Below are positions 62,135 through 64,000 of a stretch of DNA of 64,000 nucleotides, piece after piece. The position numbers and the translations under genes were made by a program. The notes beneath the pieces were generated by a model, which made no database searches, was not told the origin of the DNA, and saw only the letters and a program-made list of their open reading frames with translations. Every line of letters starts with the position of its first letter. Position 1 is the stretch's first letter. The stretch is from assembly GCA_038245785.1 (NCBI GenBank), contig JBBRSB010000004.1, positions 32,001 through 96,000 of the forward strand, given 5' to 3'. The DNA comes from Gloeobacterales cyanobacterium (GTDB taxonomy: Bacteria > Cyanobacteriota > Cyanobacteriia > Gloeobacterales > PMM-0068).

Positions 62135-63562
62135 TTGCGGGGTTTATTGAGGCATCAGCCAGACCAAAATCCTTGGCCTCACCAGCTAACGATGGCTCGC
62201 TTGGTTGCCCGAGCTTTAGCAACTGGACGCAGTGCTCTCATCCAAGTGAGTGGGGTGCGCGTTAAAGGCGCCTATCGCTTGAGTTATCTATTTCCTGCCC
62301 TGAGTTGGCCTCAGCCCGTTATCTTGTGTGCGCCCCAACTAGTTCAGCAACAGTTGCTGAGCATAGATTTACCCCGCTTGCAGGAGCTGGAGATATTCAG
62401 CAAACCTATTCTCCAAGGCAAGGCCTGGCCCAGTCATAGCTGGAACGGAGTCCTCTTGGCGGACCCCCTAGTCTTTCTGCAAGATTGCTTAAAGAATGGC
62501 TCTGAGCACTTTCCCTGTCATATTCCTGTAGTTTTTGATCAAGCCCATAACCTAGAGGCTTGGAGTCGTAAAGCTCTAGAGTTCAGGATTGAGCCCGGAG
62601 AATGGCAACAGCTGCGAGAGCAGGGCGAACCTCTGGCTGCGAAGGTTTTCGAATTTACCGTTGCGGCCACTCGCTATCTATTCGTGGGCAAAAGCCCAGA
62701 GCAGCGTTTAGACTTTACGCTAGAATCTCAGCTCAAGCAATTACTAGCATCGTTAGAGTATCCTCCCTGGGATGACTTTAGAAGATGCTTGGAAGACCCC
62801 AACTACTTACTATCGGCAGTAATCCATCGTCAGCACGGACAATTCACCCTGGTAGCAGCGCCAATAGATGTTCGTCCCTATCTACAAAAGCTATGGGATG
62901 AACGCCCCGTAGTGATCATTGGCGAAGCTCTAGATCCCCAAAAATCAGCACCGACCTATCGCCATCGATTAGGTCTGGGAGAACTCACCTGTCTGCAATT
63001 TCCATCGGACTGCCAGGATGAGCTTCAAGTGTGGATTCCACCCCGCAACACAGAACTCCCTTTCTATGAGTGGGGCACCCAGTTGATAGAATTACTCGCA
63101 CTGCAGGCTAGAGGCCCCCTCGTTGTGCTTCTACAGGACTACAGCTTACGCAAGCGTATAGGCTCAGCCCTGGCTGCCCAGTTTGGTTCCCGCGTCAGTT
63201 TAGACAAAGTCCAAGAGACTCAGCGCTCCATTACCCTTTGTGATTGGTCTTTTTGGGAACAGGGCTTAGCTCCTTCTTTCGCCCCTGAGATGCTAGTGAT
63301 GCTCAGTCTTCCCTTTCCAGATCTGCAGGTCCCCTTAGTAGCGACAAAAGTAGAGCTGATGAAAAAAGAGCGACAGGATTGGTTCCGCAGCTATCTACTG
63401 CCAGAGGCTCAAGGCCGCCTTCAGCGAGGTATCGGCAGAATTAGGGAACACAAAGGTCTAGTGGCGGTCTTAGACCCACGGATTCACAATTCCAACTACG
63501 GATACACGCTCCTAGAAAGTTTTGCTCCCTACCGCAAGCTAACCCGTTCACCAAAATCGTGA
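62135..63562 (+). CDS. Cyanobacterial DinG-like helicase C-terminal-domain protein (degenerate)
   Basis: WPHQLTMARLVARAL, YRLSYL, LPFP, DWFRSYLLP and VLDPR. The conserved frame extends about 10 codons upstream of the TTG. Confidence 0.8.
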   Translation: MRGLLRHQPDQNPWPHQLTMARLVARALATGRSALIQVSGVRVKGAYRLSYLFPALSWPQPVILCAPQLVQQQLLSIDLPRLQELEIFSKPILQGKAWPSHSWNGVLLADPLVFLQDCLKNGSEHFPCHIPVVFDQAHNLEAWSRKALEFRIEPGEWQQLREQGEPLAAKVFEFTVAATRYLFVGKSPEQRLDFTLESQLKQLLASLEYPPWDDFRRCLEDPNYLLSAVIHRQHGQFTLVAAPIDVRPYLQKLWDERPVVIIGEALDPQKSAPTYRHRLGLGELTCLQFPSDCQDELQVWIPPRNTELPFYEWGTQLIELLALQARGPLVVLLQDYSLRKRIGSALAAQFGSRVSLDKVQETQRSITLCDWSFWEQGLAPSFAPEMLVMLSLPFPDLQVPLVATKVELMKKERQDWFRSYLLPEAQGRLQRGIGRIREHKGLVAVLDPRIHNSNYGYTLLESFAPYRKLTRSPKS

Positions 63563-63573
63563 GCATCTAAGTG

Positions 63574-64000
63574 TTATTTTTTTGGAGCTTCAGGAGCAGC
63601 AGGTGGAGCCGCAGCAGGTTGAGGAGGTGCGGCCTTCGGAGCTTCCGGTTTAGCAGGCTCTGTTTTAGGAGCTTCTCCCGCTTTTGGAGCCTGTTTCCCT
63701 GGCTCTGGATAAGGCTTATAGATGTTTTGGCTCACCACTTTCAAGGAATCGGCAGAAGGAACCAGCTGAATAGACTGTGAAAGCGAGTCATCATTTTTTT
63801 CTAGAATGCCCACTAATTGGCCTAGCGTAGTCATTTCTACGTACGCATCCTTGATTTCAGGGCTTTTCTTCTTTGCATCTTCTAATTGCTGGGAAACTAG
63901 CTCATAGGAAAGATACATCGGAGTAACATTCTGGCTGGCACCTTTTTCCCCAGGAACTTGTAGAGAGAGAGGATCGATACTGCCTTTTTTCCCTTTCTGT
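63574..64000 (-). CDS. 3' part of a probable Tic22-family protein (partial, runs off the right edge)
   Basis: The frame is open to the window edge; PMYLS..., TTLGQLV and IQLVPS are followed by a Pro/Ala/Lys tail. Confidence 0.55.
   Translation of the reverse strand, partial: QKGKKGSIDPLSLQVPGEKGASQNVTPMYLSYELVSQQLEDAKKKSPEIKDAYVEMTTLGQLVGILEKNDDSLSQSIQLVPSADSLKVVSQNIYKPYPEPGKQAPKAGEAPKTEPAKPEAPKAAPPQPAAAPPAAPEAPKK

Noticed and set aside
1..64000. CRISPR arrays, rRNA genes, IS transposases and reverse transcriptases
   Set aside because: No repeat-spacer periodicity or diagnostic motifs were seen by eye.

Overview
This is a cyanobacterial chromosome segment, shown by psb28, ndhP, a cyanobacterial-type tmRNA tag, rne-rnhB, CruP, a Tic22-like gene and an NtcA box. 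The HIP1 octamer is nearly absent, which suggests a basal (Gloeobacterales-like) host, but that is an inference. Housekeeping blocks include rfbBDAC, trpG, thrB-aroA, sat, manRS-mntCAB, ybeY-dgkA-queD, rne-rnhB and asd-dapA-rnj. Accessory DNA includes a cynS-TetR-rhodanese module, vapBC, a defence islet at the tmRNA 3' end (Uma2, an MmeI-like Type IIG R-M gene, AbiF with an upstream RNA hairpin), a split HEPN gene, a DUF559 gene between 32-bp inverted repeats, and degraded minor pilins. Near the right end are a three-gene operon ending in a Rab-like small GTPase, an orphan Mu-like repressor/ner pair and a large hybrid kinase. Best leads: (1) a small basic ORF with an intrinsic terminator before its stop codon, a candidate ArfA/BrfA-like ribosome rescue factor; (2) the Rab-like GTPase operon; (3) the DUF559 inverted-repeat cassette; (4) AbiF with a probable RNA antitoxin; (5) rnhB lacking an in-frame start, one base in a C7 run from an RNase E-RNase HII fusion; (6) manR and manS head-to-head with only 15 bp between start codons. 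Several single-base frameshifts may be sequencing errors. All calls are by eye; no database searches were run.
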